Of a DNA stretch of 64,000 nucleotides, positions 26,428 through 37,534 are shown piece by piece. How positions within the stretch are numbered: position 1 is the stretch's first letter; every line of letters begins with the position of its first letter. Position numbers and translations under genes: made by a program. Below the pieces are notes generated by a model. It ran no database searches, had not been told where the DNA came from, and saw nothing but the letters and a program-made list of their open reading frames with translations. This stretch comes from Eledone cirrhosa (taxonomy: Eukaryota): the NCBI GenBank assembly GCA_964016885.1, contig OZ024746.1, forward strand, positions 40,982,001 to 41,046,000, given 5' to 3'.

Positions 26428-26627
26428 NNNNNNNNNNNNNNNNNNNNNNNNNNNNNNNNNNNNNNNNNNNNNNNNNNNNNNNNNNNNNNNNNNNNNNNNN
26501 NNNNNNNNNNNNNNNNNNNNNNNNNNNNNNNNNNNNNNNNNNNNNNNNNNNNNNNNNNNNNNNNNNNNNNNNNNNNNNNNNNNNNNNNNNNNNNNNNNNN
26601 NNNNNNNNNNNNNNNNNNNNNNNNNNN
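26428..26627. other. Assembly gap (200 N) with near-identical ~220-bp sequence on both sides
   Basis: 26205-26427 matches 26628-26849 except for a 1-bp indel. Confidence 0.97.
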
Positions 26628-27177
26628 GGTTTCACATATGAAATATAGAAAGACTTCCGTAACTGACGCTATCTATGTAATTTCCAAATTACAAAGATCT
26701 CAAATATAAAAAACAACAGAGAAGGGACAAAATTCCAATGAAAACTAATGATAGAAAGTTTGAATAATGTAGACAATGCGGTATTAGAAAGTATCTGGTC
26801 TTTAAGTAAACTGGAGAAACAACCGATGTTCTCGTTTTATTAGATTTCAACCGAGAAGCATATTAACTTAGCTGGCAAAACTTAGAGATGATCTGCTTTT
26901 CGTTCATATTTCAGTCTCTTTCCTCCTCCTCCTTTCTCTCTCTCTCGAGAGAGGCTATAGCAGTGTATGTGAGAGAGATAGATTATAGCAGAATGTGTGC
27001 GCGAGAGAGAGAGAATATAACAGCATGTGTGTAAGAAGGAAGACAGAGAGGTAGGCAGTCACGTTTTTGACCGGTCGTTCTGACAGATAAATTGGCTGTC
27101 GGGAATGATTCTTAATCTTAGAGTTGTCTACCTTGTCCGCTGTTTTTTTAAATTTAAATTTAATTTAAATTTTGAAC

Positions 27178-27312
27178 GTCCGATTCCCACACTGAATGGT
27201 TTCGATTTAACACCATTTATCCGAACACAAATACTTGAGCATTCGTATAGACACATCAGGGCATTAAGGAGCTGACTATCGATCCCATACTCCTGCAGAA
27301 CTTTCCGCCAAG
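27178..27312 (-). mobile_element. Short LINE reverse-transcriptase fragment
   Basis: WRKVLQEYGIDSQLLNALMCLYECSSICVRINGVKSKPFSVGIG resembles non-LTR RT subdomains 3-4. Confidence 0.7.
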
Positions 27313-27339
27313 GGTGCGTACCTCTCCTGTTCATTATTT

Positions 27340-27620
27340 AAAATAAAGTACCAGTAATGTACTGGGTAATTACTGGCCTTGTGCCAATAGTAGAAACAAT
27401 TATTTACATGAACAGGAGGGCGCGAATTGGCAGTATCGGTAGAGGGTTGGACGCCATGCTTTCTAGCATAGTTACGTCCCTTTACAGTCTGAGTTCAAAT
27501 CCCGCCGAGGTTAACTCTGCCTTTCATCCTTACGGGGTCAATAAAATAAAGTACCAGTAATGTATTGGGTAATTGCTGGCCTTGTGCCTAAAGTAGAAAC
27601 AATTATTTACATGAACAGGA
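27340..27620 (+). mobile_element. SINE 3' fragment plus complete SINE flanked by TACATGAACAGGA duplication
   Basis: A-box TGGCAGTATCGGTAGAG, B-box and core; direct repeat at ~27405-27417 and ~27608-27620. Confidence 0.8.
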
Positions 27621-27827
27621 TTGACATGCGCAGCCGAGTTGTAAGTGGTATCATGACTGGCGGGTGTAAAATCAATCGACAAGAATTTGCAGACGACATG
27701 CTGTTACTTAACTGAAGGTGATCTCCGACATGCACTTGATAGGGCGGTTTTTCTGCTAGTGAGATTATTTTTTCAACATAGTCCCTGGAAAGAAACAAAG
27801 CATTTATTAATGAGAAGAGTTGAAATT

Positions 27828-28020
27828 AATTGTTTCTACTATTGGCACAAGGCCAGCAATAATCCTAATGCATTACTGGTACTTTATTTTATCGACCCCA
27901 TAGGGATGAAAGGCAAAGTTTAACCTCGGCGGGATTTGAACTGAGACTGTAATGAGTCGTAACTCTATGCTGCAAACCATAACGTCCGACTCTCTACTCG
28001 TACTGCCAATCCACCGCCCT
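27828..28020 (-). mobile_element. tRNA-derived SINE
   Basis: Full reverse-complement copy ending in CCAATCCACCGCC (5' end GGCGGTGGATTGG). Confidence 0.85.
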
Positions 28021-28390
28021 TAAGTGTTGAAATTAATGGATGCAAGATTTCACAGCACCAGCATCAATCCTTCATAATCAACCGCAAGATTTGAACTTTC
28101 CATCCGACCCTCGTACACACACACACATATATATATATTATCTTACTTGTTTCAGACATTAGACTGTGCCCATGCTGGGGCACCACGATTAAAGGATTTT
28201 CTTGACCTCAATTCCAGTACATATATTTTAAAATCTCGTATTTATTTTATCGATCTCTTCTATTCTCTTTGAAACGTGTATGTGTCTGTGTTCATATGTA
28301 TGACAGTACCCTATCGCTTGCGACGAGGATTCTTCCAGTTAAGTTTCTCAAATGGAACTGCCTGAAATTAACGACATATGTATCGATCTA

Positions 28391-28460
28391 TCTACCTACC
28401 TACCTACCTACCTACCTACCTACCTACCTACCTACCTACCTACCTACCTACCTACCTACC
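28391..28460. repeat. (CTAC)n tetranucleotide microsatellite
   Basis: Direct reading. Confidence 0.95.
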
Positions 28461-28929
28461 TGTCTATCTACCTGCCAATTTACCTGTCTGCCTACAGATC
28501 TGTCTACATATTTGTCTCCCTCTCTAATATATACATATGTCTACGTATGAATAGATATATTTGTGTGTGTGGCCGTCAGATGTATAAGTGCATTTCAAGA
28601 ACTACGAAGAATTACAAGTTACTTAATCCGGGGAGGATTCACAATAGCTTCAGTAACTTCGGGAGACGATTTGTGTGTGGTGTGTGTGTGTGTGTGTGTG
28701 TGAGTGTGTGTATATATATGTATATATAGCTTAGTAAAATCGAAGCTTTGGCTGTGGCCAAGCAAAGTCGACCTACAATAAGGAATGTGTAGCAAAGCAC
28801 TCAATAAGAGTAGGTCCTTAGAATAATAACATACGTTTAAATAGCTTGACAAATTGAAAATTGCGGTAGGCAAAACCCAACCATACAATGCCAAAACAAC
28901 GAAAGAACTAATCAGGTTAAAACAGACCT

Positions 28930-31350
28930 ACAGTCCAGCATTCGCGCATGCGCAGTACGGTCCAGCCTTCGCGCATGCGCAGTGCTGTCCAAACTTGGCG
29001 CGTGCGCAGTGCGGTCCAACCTTCACGCATGCGCAGTGGTATCCAACCTTCGCGCATGCGCAGTACGGCCCAACCTTCGCGCATGCGCACTACGGTCAAC
29101 CATCGCGCATGCGCAGTGCTGTCCAACCTTAGCGCATGCGCAGTGCTGCCCAAATTTGGCGCATGCGCAGTGCGGTCCAGCCTTCACGCATGCGCAGTGG
29201 AATCCATCCTTCGCGCATGTGCAGTACGGTCCAACTGTCGCGCATGCGCACTACGGTCTGACCTTAGCGCATGCGCAGTGCGGTTCAACCTACGCGCATG
29301 CGCTGTACGGTCCAACCTTCGCGCATTCGCTGTACGGCCCAACCTTCGCGCATGCGCACTGCGGTTAAACATACGCACATGCGCAGTACGGTCAGACCTT
29401 CGCGCATGCGCAATAAAGTCTAACCTTCGCGCATGCGCACTACGGTCCAACCTACACGCCAGCGCAGTGCTGTCCAACCTACGCGCATGCGCAGTCCAGC
29501 CTTCACGCATACGCAGTGGGATCCAACCTTCGCGCAAGTGCAGTGCGCATGCGCGATGGTTCCACCGTACTGCGCATGCGCGAAGGTTGGACCGTACAGC
29601 GCATGCGCTAAGATTGGACCGTAGTGCGCATGCGCGACGGTGGGACCGTACTGCGCATGCGCGAAGTTTGGATCCCACTGCGCATGCGTGAAGGCTGGAC
29701 CGCAGTCCGCATGCGGTAAGGTTGGCCAGCACTGCGCATGCGCTAAGGTTGGACCGTAGTGCGCATGCGCGAAGGTTGTGATGTAGTGCGCATGCGCGAT
29801 GGTTGGACTATAGTGCGCATGCGCGACCGCTGGACCGTAGTGCGCATGCGTGACGATTGGATCCCACTGCGCATGCGTGAAGGCTGGACCGCACTGCGCA
29901 TGCGCCATGGTTGGACAGCACTGCGCATGCGCTAATGTTGGACCGTAGTGCGCATGCGCGAAATTCAACCGTACCGCGCATGCGCGAAGGTCGGACCCTA
30001 CTGCGCAAGCGCGAAGGTTGGACTGTACTGCGCATGCGCGATGGTTGGACCGTACTGCGCATGCGCGATGGTTGGACCGTAATGCACATGCGCGGGGGCC
30101 GGACCTTACTGCGCATGCGCGAAGGTCGGACCGTACTGCGCATGCGCGTAGGTTGAACCGCAGTGCGCATGCGCGAAGGTTGGACCGTGCTGCGCATGCG
30201 CGAAAGTTGGACCGTACTGCGCATGCGCTAAGGGTGGACCGTACAGCGCATGCGCGTAGGTTGAACCGCACTGCGCATGCGCAGTACGGTCGACCTTCGC
30301 GCATGCGCACTACGGTCCAACCTTAGCGCATGAGCAGTGCTGTACAACCTTGGCGCATGCGCAAAGCGGTCCAGCCTTCACGCATGCGCAGTGGGATCCA
30401 ACCTTCGCGCATGCGCAGTACGGTCCAACCGTCGCGCATGCACACTACGGTCCAGCCTTCGTGTATGCGCACTACGGTCCAACCTTAACGCATGCACAGT
30501 GCTGTCCAAACTTGGCGCATGCCACGTGCGGTCCAGCCTTCACGCATGCGCAGTGGGATCCAACCTTCGCGCATGCGCAGTGCGGTCCATCCTTGGCGCA
30601 TGCGCAGTACAGTCCGACTCTCGTGCATGCGCAGTGGGATCGAACCTTCGCGCATGCGCAGTACGGTGCAATCTTCGCGCATACACACTGCGGCCCAACC
30701 TTCGCGCATGCGCACTGCGGTCCAACCTTGGCGCATGCGCAGTACAGTCCGACTCTCGTGCATGCGCAGTGGGATCGAACCTTCGCGCATGCGCAGTACG
30801 GTGCAATCTTCGCGCATACACACTGCGGCCCAACCTTCGCGCATGCGCACTGCGGTCCAACCTTCGCGCATGCGCACTGCGGTCCAACCTTCGCGCATGC
30901 GCACTGCGGTCCAACCTTGGCGCATGCGCAGTACAGTCCGACTCTCGTGCATGCGCAGTACGGTGCAATCTTCGCGCATGCGCAGTGCGGTCCATCCTTC
31001 GCGCATGCGCAGTACGGTACAACCTTCGCGCATGCGCACTGCGGTACAACCTTAGCGCATGCGCACTACGATCCAATCTTGGCGCATGTGCAGTGCGGCC
31101 CTACCTTGGCGCATGCGCAGTGCGGTCCAATCTTGGCGCATGCGCTGTGCGGTTCAGCCTTCGCGCATGCGCAGTGCGGTCCAACATTCGCGCATGCGCA
31201 CTGCGGTCCAACCTTAGCGCATGTACACTGCTGTCCAACCTTCTCGTACGCGCAGTGCGTTTCAACCTTCGCGCATGCGCACTGCGGTCCAACCTTAGCG
31301 CATGTACACTGTGGTCCAACCTTCGCGTATGCGCAGTGCGGTTCAACCTT
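28930..31350. repeat. 27-bp GC-rich satellite, about 90 units, consensus approx. CGGTCCAACCTTCGCGCATGCGCAGTA; central block ~29543-30277 inverted
   Basis: 9-aa periodicity in the overlapping ORFs (e.g. TFAHAQYGP); palindromic core GCGCATGCGC in most units; orientation switches near 29543 and 30277. Confidence 0.97.
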
Positions 31351-31486
31351 AATTTAGAAAATTAATATTAGTTTTGATTATCAAATATTATTAGCATGCT
31401 TTCCAGCATAGTTACGTCCCTTTACGATAATAATTGTTTCTACATTTGGCACAAGGCCAGCTATTACCCAGTACATTACTGGTACT

Positions 31487-34412
31487 GGATGATGGATCAG
31501 CTGTCTCTGAGACAAATATAAAGAATGCAGTTTTGTCCTGCAGAAGAGCCATCAAAATGGGCACTTTGAATGTGAGGACTATTCGAACGCTGGAGAAGAG
31601 AGAGGAGTTGGGACATCTGTTCGAGGAGAGTGGTATACAGATACTTGCGATCCAAGAACACAGGATTCTACACGATGAGCCCGTGAGGAGTGTGATGATC
31701 GGGAGGAAGAGCCAGCTCATCACTACATCGGCAGTGAAGAACACAACAAATGCTGCAGTGGGAGGAGTGGGTTTTGTGTTCAGTGCAAAAACCAATCTGT
31801 TGGTGAGGGAAATAATGCCTATCTCCCCGCGAGTGTTGAGGGTGACCTTCAATGGAAACCCAAGACTGACAGTCATCTCAGCCTATAGTCCAACCGAGGG
31901 GGACAGTGATGTGAATGCGGAGGAGTTCCATGAGGAGGTGTGTAGAGCTGTCAACACCACTCAGGCACACAATATCCTGCTTGTTTTGGGGGACTTCAAT
32001 GCACACCTGAGTAAGGAGGGCAGTGAAGATCCTTGCTGGTACTTCCATAACAACACCAACCGAAATGGAAGACTACTGAGAGACACCCTGCTGGAGGCGA
32101 ACTTGATGGCGACCAACCTAAGGTTTAGGAAGAATCTGGGGAAGATGTGGACCTACATCTCAGATATGCACCTGTCCAAGTCCCAGATTGATTTCATTCT
32201 GGTGAGGAAAAAGTGGCGGAATAGTGTTCTGAACACGGAACCATACATCTATTTCAGTACACTGGGTAGTGACCACCGGCTTGTTATGAGTGAGGTCCGC
32301 GTGAGCTTAAGAAAGAGCAAGGCTCAGCCCCGGAGAACAATCTATGACTGGGGAGCTTTCAAGGAAGATGATAAGCTACAGGAGAGGTTCACAGTGGAAG
32401 TGAGAAACAGGTTTAGTGCTCTGTGTGGAGAGATTGGATGGACTGAGGAGAGTGTGACGAGGAGGTACGGGCACTTCTCCAATGCAGTGGCGAAAGCAAG
32501 TGAAACCCTGGTGCCGAGGAAAAAGAACAAAGGGAAGCACGTCAGCTCTGCAAACCCAAAAGTGTGTGCAGCCAGAGAACACCTGAAAGCTGCCAGGGAC
32601 CAATTCTATGCTGATCCTACGGAGGAGAGGATGGAGACTGTGGAGGTGATGAGGGAAGAGCTCTGTACCGCTTACACTGAGGTCAGAGAGGAGGCACTGA
32701 TAGAGAAGATCAGAAGTGTGGAGAGAGCGGTTGACAGATCTGGATGTAAGGAGAGCTGGATGATCATCAACGAGATCACAGGGAGGAAGAAAAGGTGTTC
32801 GAGTCAGATCCAGGGAACGGGGCCCGAGGATAGGAAGAGGAAATGGCTAGACCATTTTAGGACCCTACTAGGAGAGCCACCCTCCACAGCCCAGAGCACT
32901 GGGGAGATCAGGCGGCTGTTTGAGGAACTGGATGTTGAGACAGAGCCCTTCACCAGAGAGGAGCTTCAGAGAGCCAAGAAGAAGATCAAGGAGGGCAAGG
33001 CTCATGGAGAAGATGGAGTGGCATCAGAGGTGATGAAGAGGTGGAGAAAGGAGTTGCCCCGAATCAGTGGAGGATCAGTAACATCGTCCCAGTGCCAAAG
33101 AAGGGAGATCTCTCTAACACCAACAACTACCGGGGGATCTCACTGACGTCACTTGTGGCAAAGACCCTCAACAGGATGATTCTTAACAGGATCCAGCCTG
33201 AGATGGAGAAGAAGCTCAGGGACAACCAGAACGGCTTCAGAGAGGGTAGATCAACCACCAGTCACATCCTGATGCCGAGGAGGATATTAGAGGGAGCTAG
33301 AGCAAAATGCCTTCCTGCGGTCATGGTTTTCATTGACTTTAGGAAGGCCTTTGATTCTGTGGACCGTTACTGCCTGATGAAGATCTTACAGGCTTATGGA
33401 ATCCCCAAGAGGATAGTGGACCTGATATCACTGCTCTACACCAACATCACAAGTCATTACACCTGATGGGATGACAGAGTTCTTTGAGATACTGGCTGGA
33501 GTGCTCCAGGGAGATACATTGGCTCCCTACCTTTTTATCATCGTAGTGGACTATTGTATGCGCCTTGCACTGGAGAAACACCAGGACTCTGGCTTTACTG
33601 TAGCACCGGCTCAGAGCAGGAGAGTTGGGGCGAAAAAGGTATCGGATGCTGAATTTGCCGACGACATAGTTTTGGTGACAAATACAGTGAAGGAGGCAAA
33701 GGATTTGATGCGGGAGGTTGAGACTGTGTCAATGAGTGTGGGGCTGAGAATGAATGAGACTAAAACAAAATATCTGGTAGAGAATGTTGAGAAGCCAGAG
33801 GGGATCACTAATGTAGGCGGGAAGCCGCTGGAATTGGTTGAGGACTTCCTGTATTTGGGAGCAAAGATTGGGAATACGGAGAATGATGTGGTTGAGAGGA
33901 AGAGCAAGGCCTGGGCGGCGTGCCACAGCTTGAGATCGGTGTGGAAGTCGGACCTTCGTAGAGACCTGAAAATCCGCCTCTTCATTGCTGTAGTGGAGTC
34001 TGTGCTGCTGTATGGGTCTGAGATTTGGACACTGACCAAGAAACTCACTCAGATGGTGGATGGGTGCTACACGAGAATGCTGAGGATGGCTCTGAACATT
34101 AATCAGTATACACTGAAGATGAAAAACTCAGAGCTGTATGGGAGCATCCCAAAAGTCAGCTCAAAAGTGACACATAGGAGACTGAGGTTGGCTGGACATG
34201 CTCACCGACATCCAGAGTTGACATTGCACTCAGTGCTCCTTTGGGAGCCCCTACATGGACACACTAGAAGAGGAAGACCAAGGTTAACATATGTTGATGC
34301 CCTAAGGACAGACACTGGTCTGTTGGAGATGCAGGATATGGCAGCGATAATGAGGGACAGAGACCGCTGGAGAGAACTCGTCCATGGATCTCGGGAATTT
34401 TACCCGCCTTAG
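31487..34412 (+). mobile_element. RTE-like non-LTR retrotransposon (second family), decayed, inserted in a SINE
   Basis: APE motifs (GTLNVRT, IQEHR, SAYSPT, GDFNAH, SDHRLV) and RT motifs (DFRKAFD, QGDTLAP, FADD) spread over three frames (31434-33146, 33041-33466, 33471-34412); 12-bp TSD ATTACTGGTACT at 31475-31486 and 34413-34424. Confidence 0.93.
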
Positions 34413-34700
34413 ATTACTGGTACTTTATTTTATCGACCCCGTAAGGATGAAAGGCAAAGTTAACCTCGGCGGGATTTGAACTCAGATCCTAAAGGGACGT
34501 AACTATGCTGGAAAGCATGGCGCCCGACTCTCTACCTATACTGCCAATCCAACCAGAAATAATGATTCCTAACAGAGGCAGTATCGGTAGAGGGTCGGAC
34601 GCCATGCTTTCAAATCCCGCCGAGGTTGACTTTGCCTTTCATCCTTACGGGGTCGATAAAATAAAGTACCAGTAATGCACTGGGTAATTGCTGGCCTTGT
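34413..34700. mobile_element. Remainder of the RTE-split SINE plus its head-to-head partner; inverted copy of 22174-22460
   Basis: Reverse complement of 22174-22460, including the spacer CAGAAATAATGATTCCTAACAGAG and the same internal deletion. Confidence 0.88.
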
Positions 34701-35952
34701 TTCGAAACAGGTGGATCTTTTCAACGAAGCAGCTAATTCGTGGCAAGATTAGATAAATAGAGGCTTCACTTCCAAGTTGAATTTATATTGTTGCAATGGA
34801 CGAAAAGATTGTTTTGCATATTCATATTTCGCAAAATCTAACGCCATAAATCATTTTGTTACTATCTTAGTATGCTTGAACAAATTTATGTTTTAAAATG
34901 TCAGAACAGTTCAATTTTTGGATTAGTTCATTACGGTATCGAAAGAGTTAATTCCTTCTATACATATATCAAAATGTTGAACTAAGTTCAAATCTTAGTT
35001 GAGCTAAAAGATGTTTTAAACATATTTATGTAAAAGGAATTAAGCAATAAGACAAGTTGTCTGGCTATGTAGTTGCCAGCATTAAATTGTTTTTATTGTT
35101 TTTTTTTTGATGTAATTAAGTAAGAAAGTTATTATTAATTAAATTTTAAATTATTTAATTTTTTTGTGTGGTCATCTTGTGATAATAAAGCTTCCCTGTT
35201 ATATGGCTAATACTTGTTTTCTATTGATGTAGATTTTGTAAATAAATAATCATTGGAAAAGGTTCAATGAACTCGTTTGTTCCTTCCCACACCCTGGGTG
35301 ATACGGCGAATGTGCGGACCACTGGATAAGTTTTATTATTATTATTATTTTTTTTTAGTTAATTATTTTATTTTTCCAAATATAATTCATTAGTAGAGAA
35401 AAGCAGTGAAGAATGACATGATGCTGAATGAAAACAAAAGCGATATATACAAACGCACACACGCCGACCACAACTAAATATGGAATGATACGCGATGGGG
35501 CTTCGCCACAGCCCGGCGGTCAGAATGGAGAAGGCGTTTCCCCTGGAATTAGATTATAAAATACCAGGAATGATCGTTAAGTTATTTACTTTCAGTCTGT
35601 GACATAAGAGGCGTTTTGGGGAGCTGGACTGTTGACAATGAGGTTCTTGTCATTGTTGGTGGCTAGCTTCACCGACGTAGCAGGTGATGCACGCGAGGGT
35701 GGTTGGTTATTCCAGTAATATGTTCTCGGTATCACCCGTGGCAATATTGCCAGTGTGTTGGCTCGCATAAAAAATTATTAGATGTTAACTCCAGCGCCCT
35801 TTGTTATGGTGTGTGATTGAGTGTGCGGGTCTTCTTCCACTTTACCTCTCTTTCTAATAATAATACAATTTTTATTCACAGTTGTATAAATAACACTACA
35901 AATTGTTCACGATTCTTTCAGAATGAAAATATAAACATAAATATAAACACAT

Positions 35953-36317
35953 ATAATTGTTTCTACTTTTGGCACAAGGCCAGCAATTACCCAGTGCATT
36001 ACTGGTACTTTATTTTATCGACCCCGTAAGGATGAAAGGCAAAGTTAACCTCGGCGGGATTTGAACTCAGATTATAAAGGGCCGTAACTCTTTGATGCAA
36101 AGCATGGCGTCCGACTCTCTACCGATACTGCCAATCCACCAAAACACATATAATAAATACAATTAACTATTGCTCGAATTATTTTGTAATTTACGTTATT
36201 AATAATTGTTTCTACTTTAGGCACAAGGCCAGCAATTACTCAGTGCATTACTGGTACTTTATTTTATCGACGCCGTAAGGATGAAAGGCAAAGTCAACCT
36301 CGGCAGGATTTGAACTT
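35953..36317 (-). mobile_element. Two tandem tRNA-derived SINE copies (35953-36140 complete; 36203-36317 partial)
   Basis: Core ACTGGTACTTTATTTTATCGAC..GGATGAAAGGCAAAG..GATTTGAACT. Confidence 0.85.
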
Positions 36318-36322
36318 ACATA

Positions 36323-37320
36323 AAATAATAATAATGAAATTATTGTGTACAGTGCTCAGGTGCACTACAACTCATCAAAGGTGCATGTATAGTACATAGA
36401 ATAATGTACAAATGTCAGGAAAATGAACAGTGTATGAGTCATGATATAATAATAATAACAATAATGAAATATTGTGTACAGTGCCCAGGTGCACCACAAC
36501 TCATCAAAAAAAGTGCATGTACAGTACATAGGGCAATGCACAAACATCAGTAAAATGAACAGTGCACGAGTCATGATACACACATGTGTGCATGTGTATG
36601 GAAGGGGTACATCAAGTGTAGTTTTGGCGTATTTCGGGAAGCATGAGTGTCTTAAAGGATGCAGTGTCTCGGCAGCTAACAATTGACGCAGGCAGTTTGT
36701 TCCATGCTTCAGCAACTCTGAGCGTGAAAAAATGTCTACGAAAGTCATGGGAGATGTGCTGTTTTCTGATCTTGTAGGCATGTCCACGTGTGTTAGACAC
36801 ATGAAGATCAAAGAGGCGCTCAGGGTTGCAATTGGCGAGATGGTTAAAAACTTTGTGGGTATTCACCAAGTCCATTGCCAGACGTCGGAGCTTCAATGAA
36901 TCCATGCCCAGGGAAGCAAGGCATTCAGAGTATGGTAGGTGTCTGATGGAGGGTATGCGCTTGGTTGCACGTCTCTGAACAGTTTCCAGGAGGTCAATGT
37001 TCTGAGCAAGATAGGGGTTCCAGACTGATGATGCGAATTCCAAGTGTGGTCGCACCATAGCTGTATACAGTTTTAAATAGATGGCTGGAGAGCGGCTAAC
37101 AAAGGTCTTGCTGAGTGATGCCAAGACACCCTCGGCCTTCTTGACAATCTTAGAGACATGCTTTGTCCAACGCAAATCGTTGCTGACAGTAATGCCCAGG
37201 TCACGTTCACAAGAAGACTTTTTGATATCAGTGTTGTGGAGGGAGTATGTGGACGCTGGATTTTTATTTCCAAAATGCATGGTGGTACACTTGTCCACAG
37301 CCAGCTTCAGTTGCCAGTCT
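36323..37320 (-). mobile_element. 5'-truncated CR1-type LINE with a doubled 3' end
   Basis: ORF 36612-37367 WQLKLAVDKC..ERDLGI..RPHLEFASSVWNP..RGH..FFTLRVAEAWNKLP; two 3' terminal segments with (ATT)n tails (36323-36440 and 36447 onward). Confidence 0.88.
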
Positions 37321-37534
37321 GTTATTAATAATAAAATCAGTTGCCAGTCTGTTATTAATAATAACATTAATTAATAATAAAATAATTAATTAATAATAAA
37401 ATCAGTTATTAATTAGCCGATTAAAGTGCGTTCTCTGTAGTGTATTTCTTAAATTATGTTGTTAAAACTATTTCTAACACAAATTTAAAGTGGGTTTGCT
37501 ATTTTGTGGACACGAAACTAAGAAAACACATCGT

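Noticed and set aside
27418-27510. tRNA genes at A-box/B-box motifs (also 22321, 35953, 37730 and others)
   Set aside because: These are SINE heads continuing into a shared core and 3' tail; no cloverleaf
28930-31350. CRISPR-like array
   Set aside because: Spacers are ~15 bp and homologous to each other rather than unique; no cas genes; spliced eukaryotic context
28854-31365. Many long overlapping repetitive ORFs (AHAQYGPTF, RACAVRSNL, RMRSTVQPS) as protein-coding genes
   Set aside because: Open in several frames on both strands because the 27-bp unit is a multiple of three and nearly stop-free; frames switch at indels; no splice or start context
31434-31486. SINE-derived N-terminus fused to the RTE ORF as a novel chimeric gene
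   Set aside because: Chance in-frame read-through from an alternative start codon; the downstream element is frameshifted
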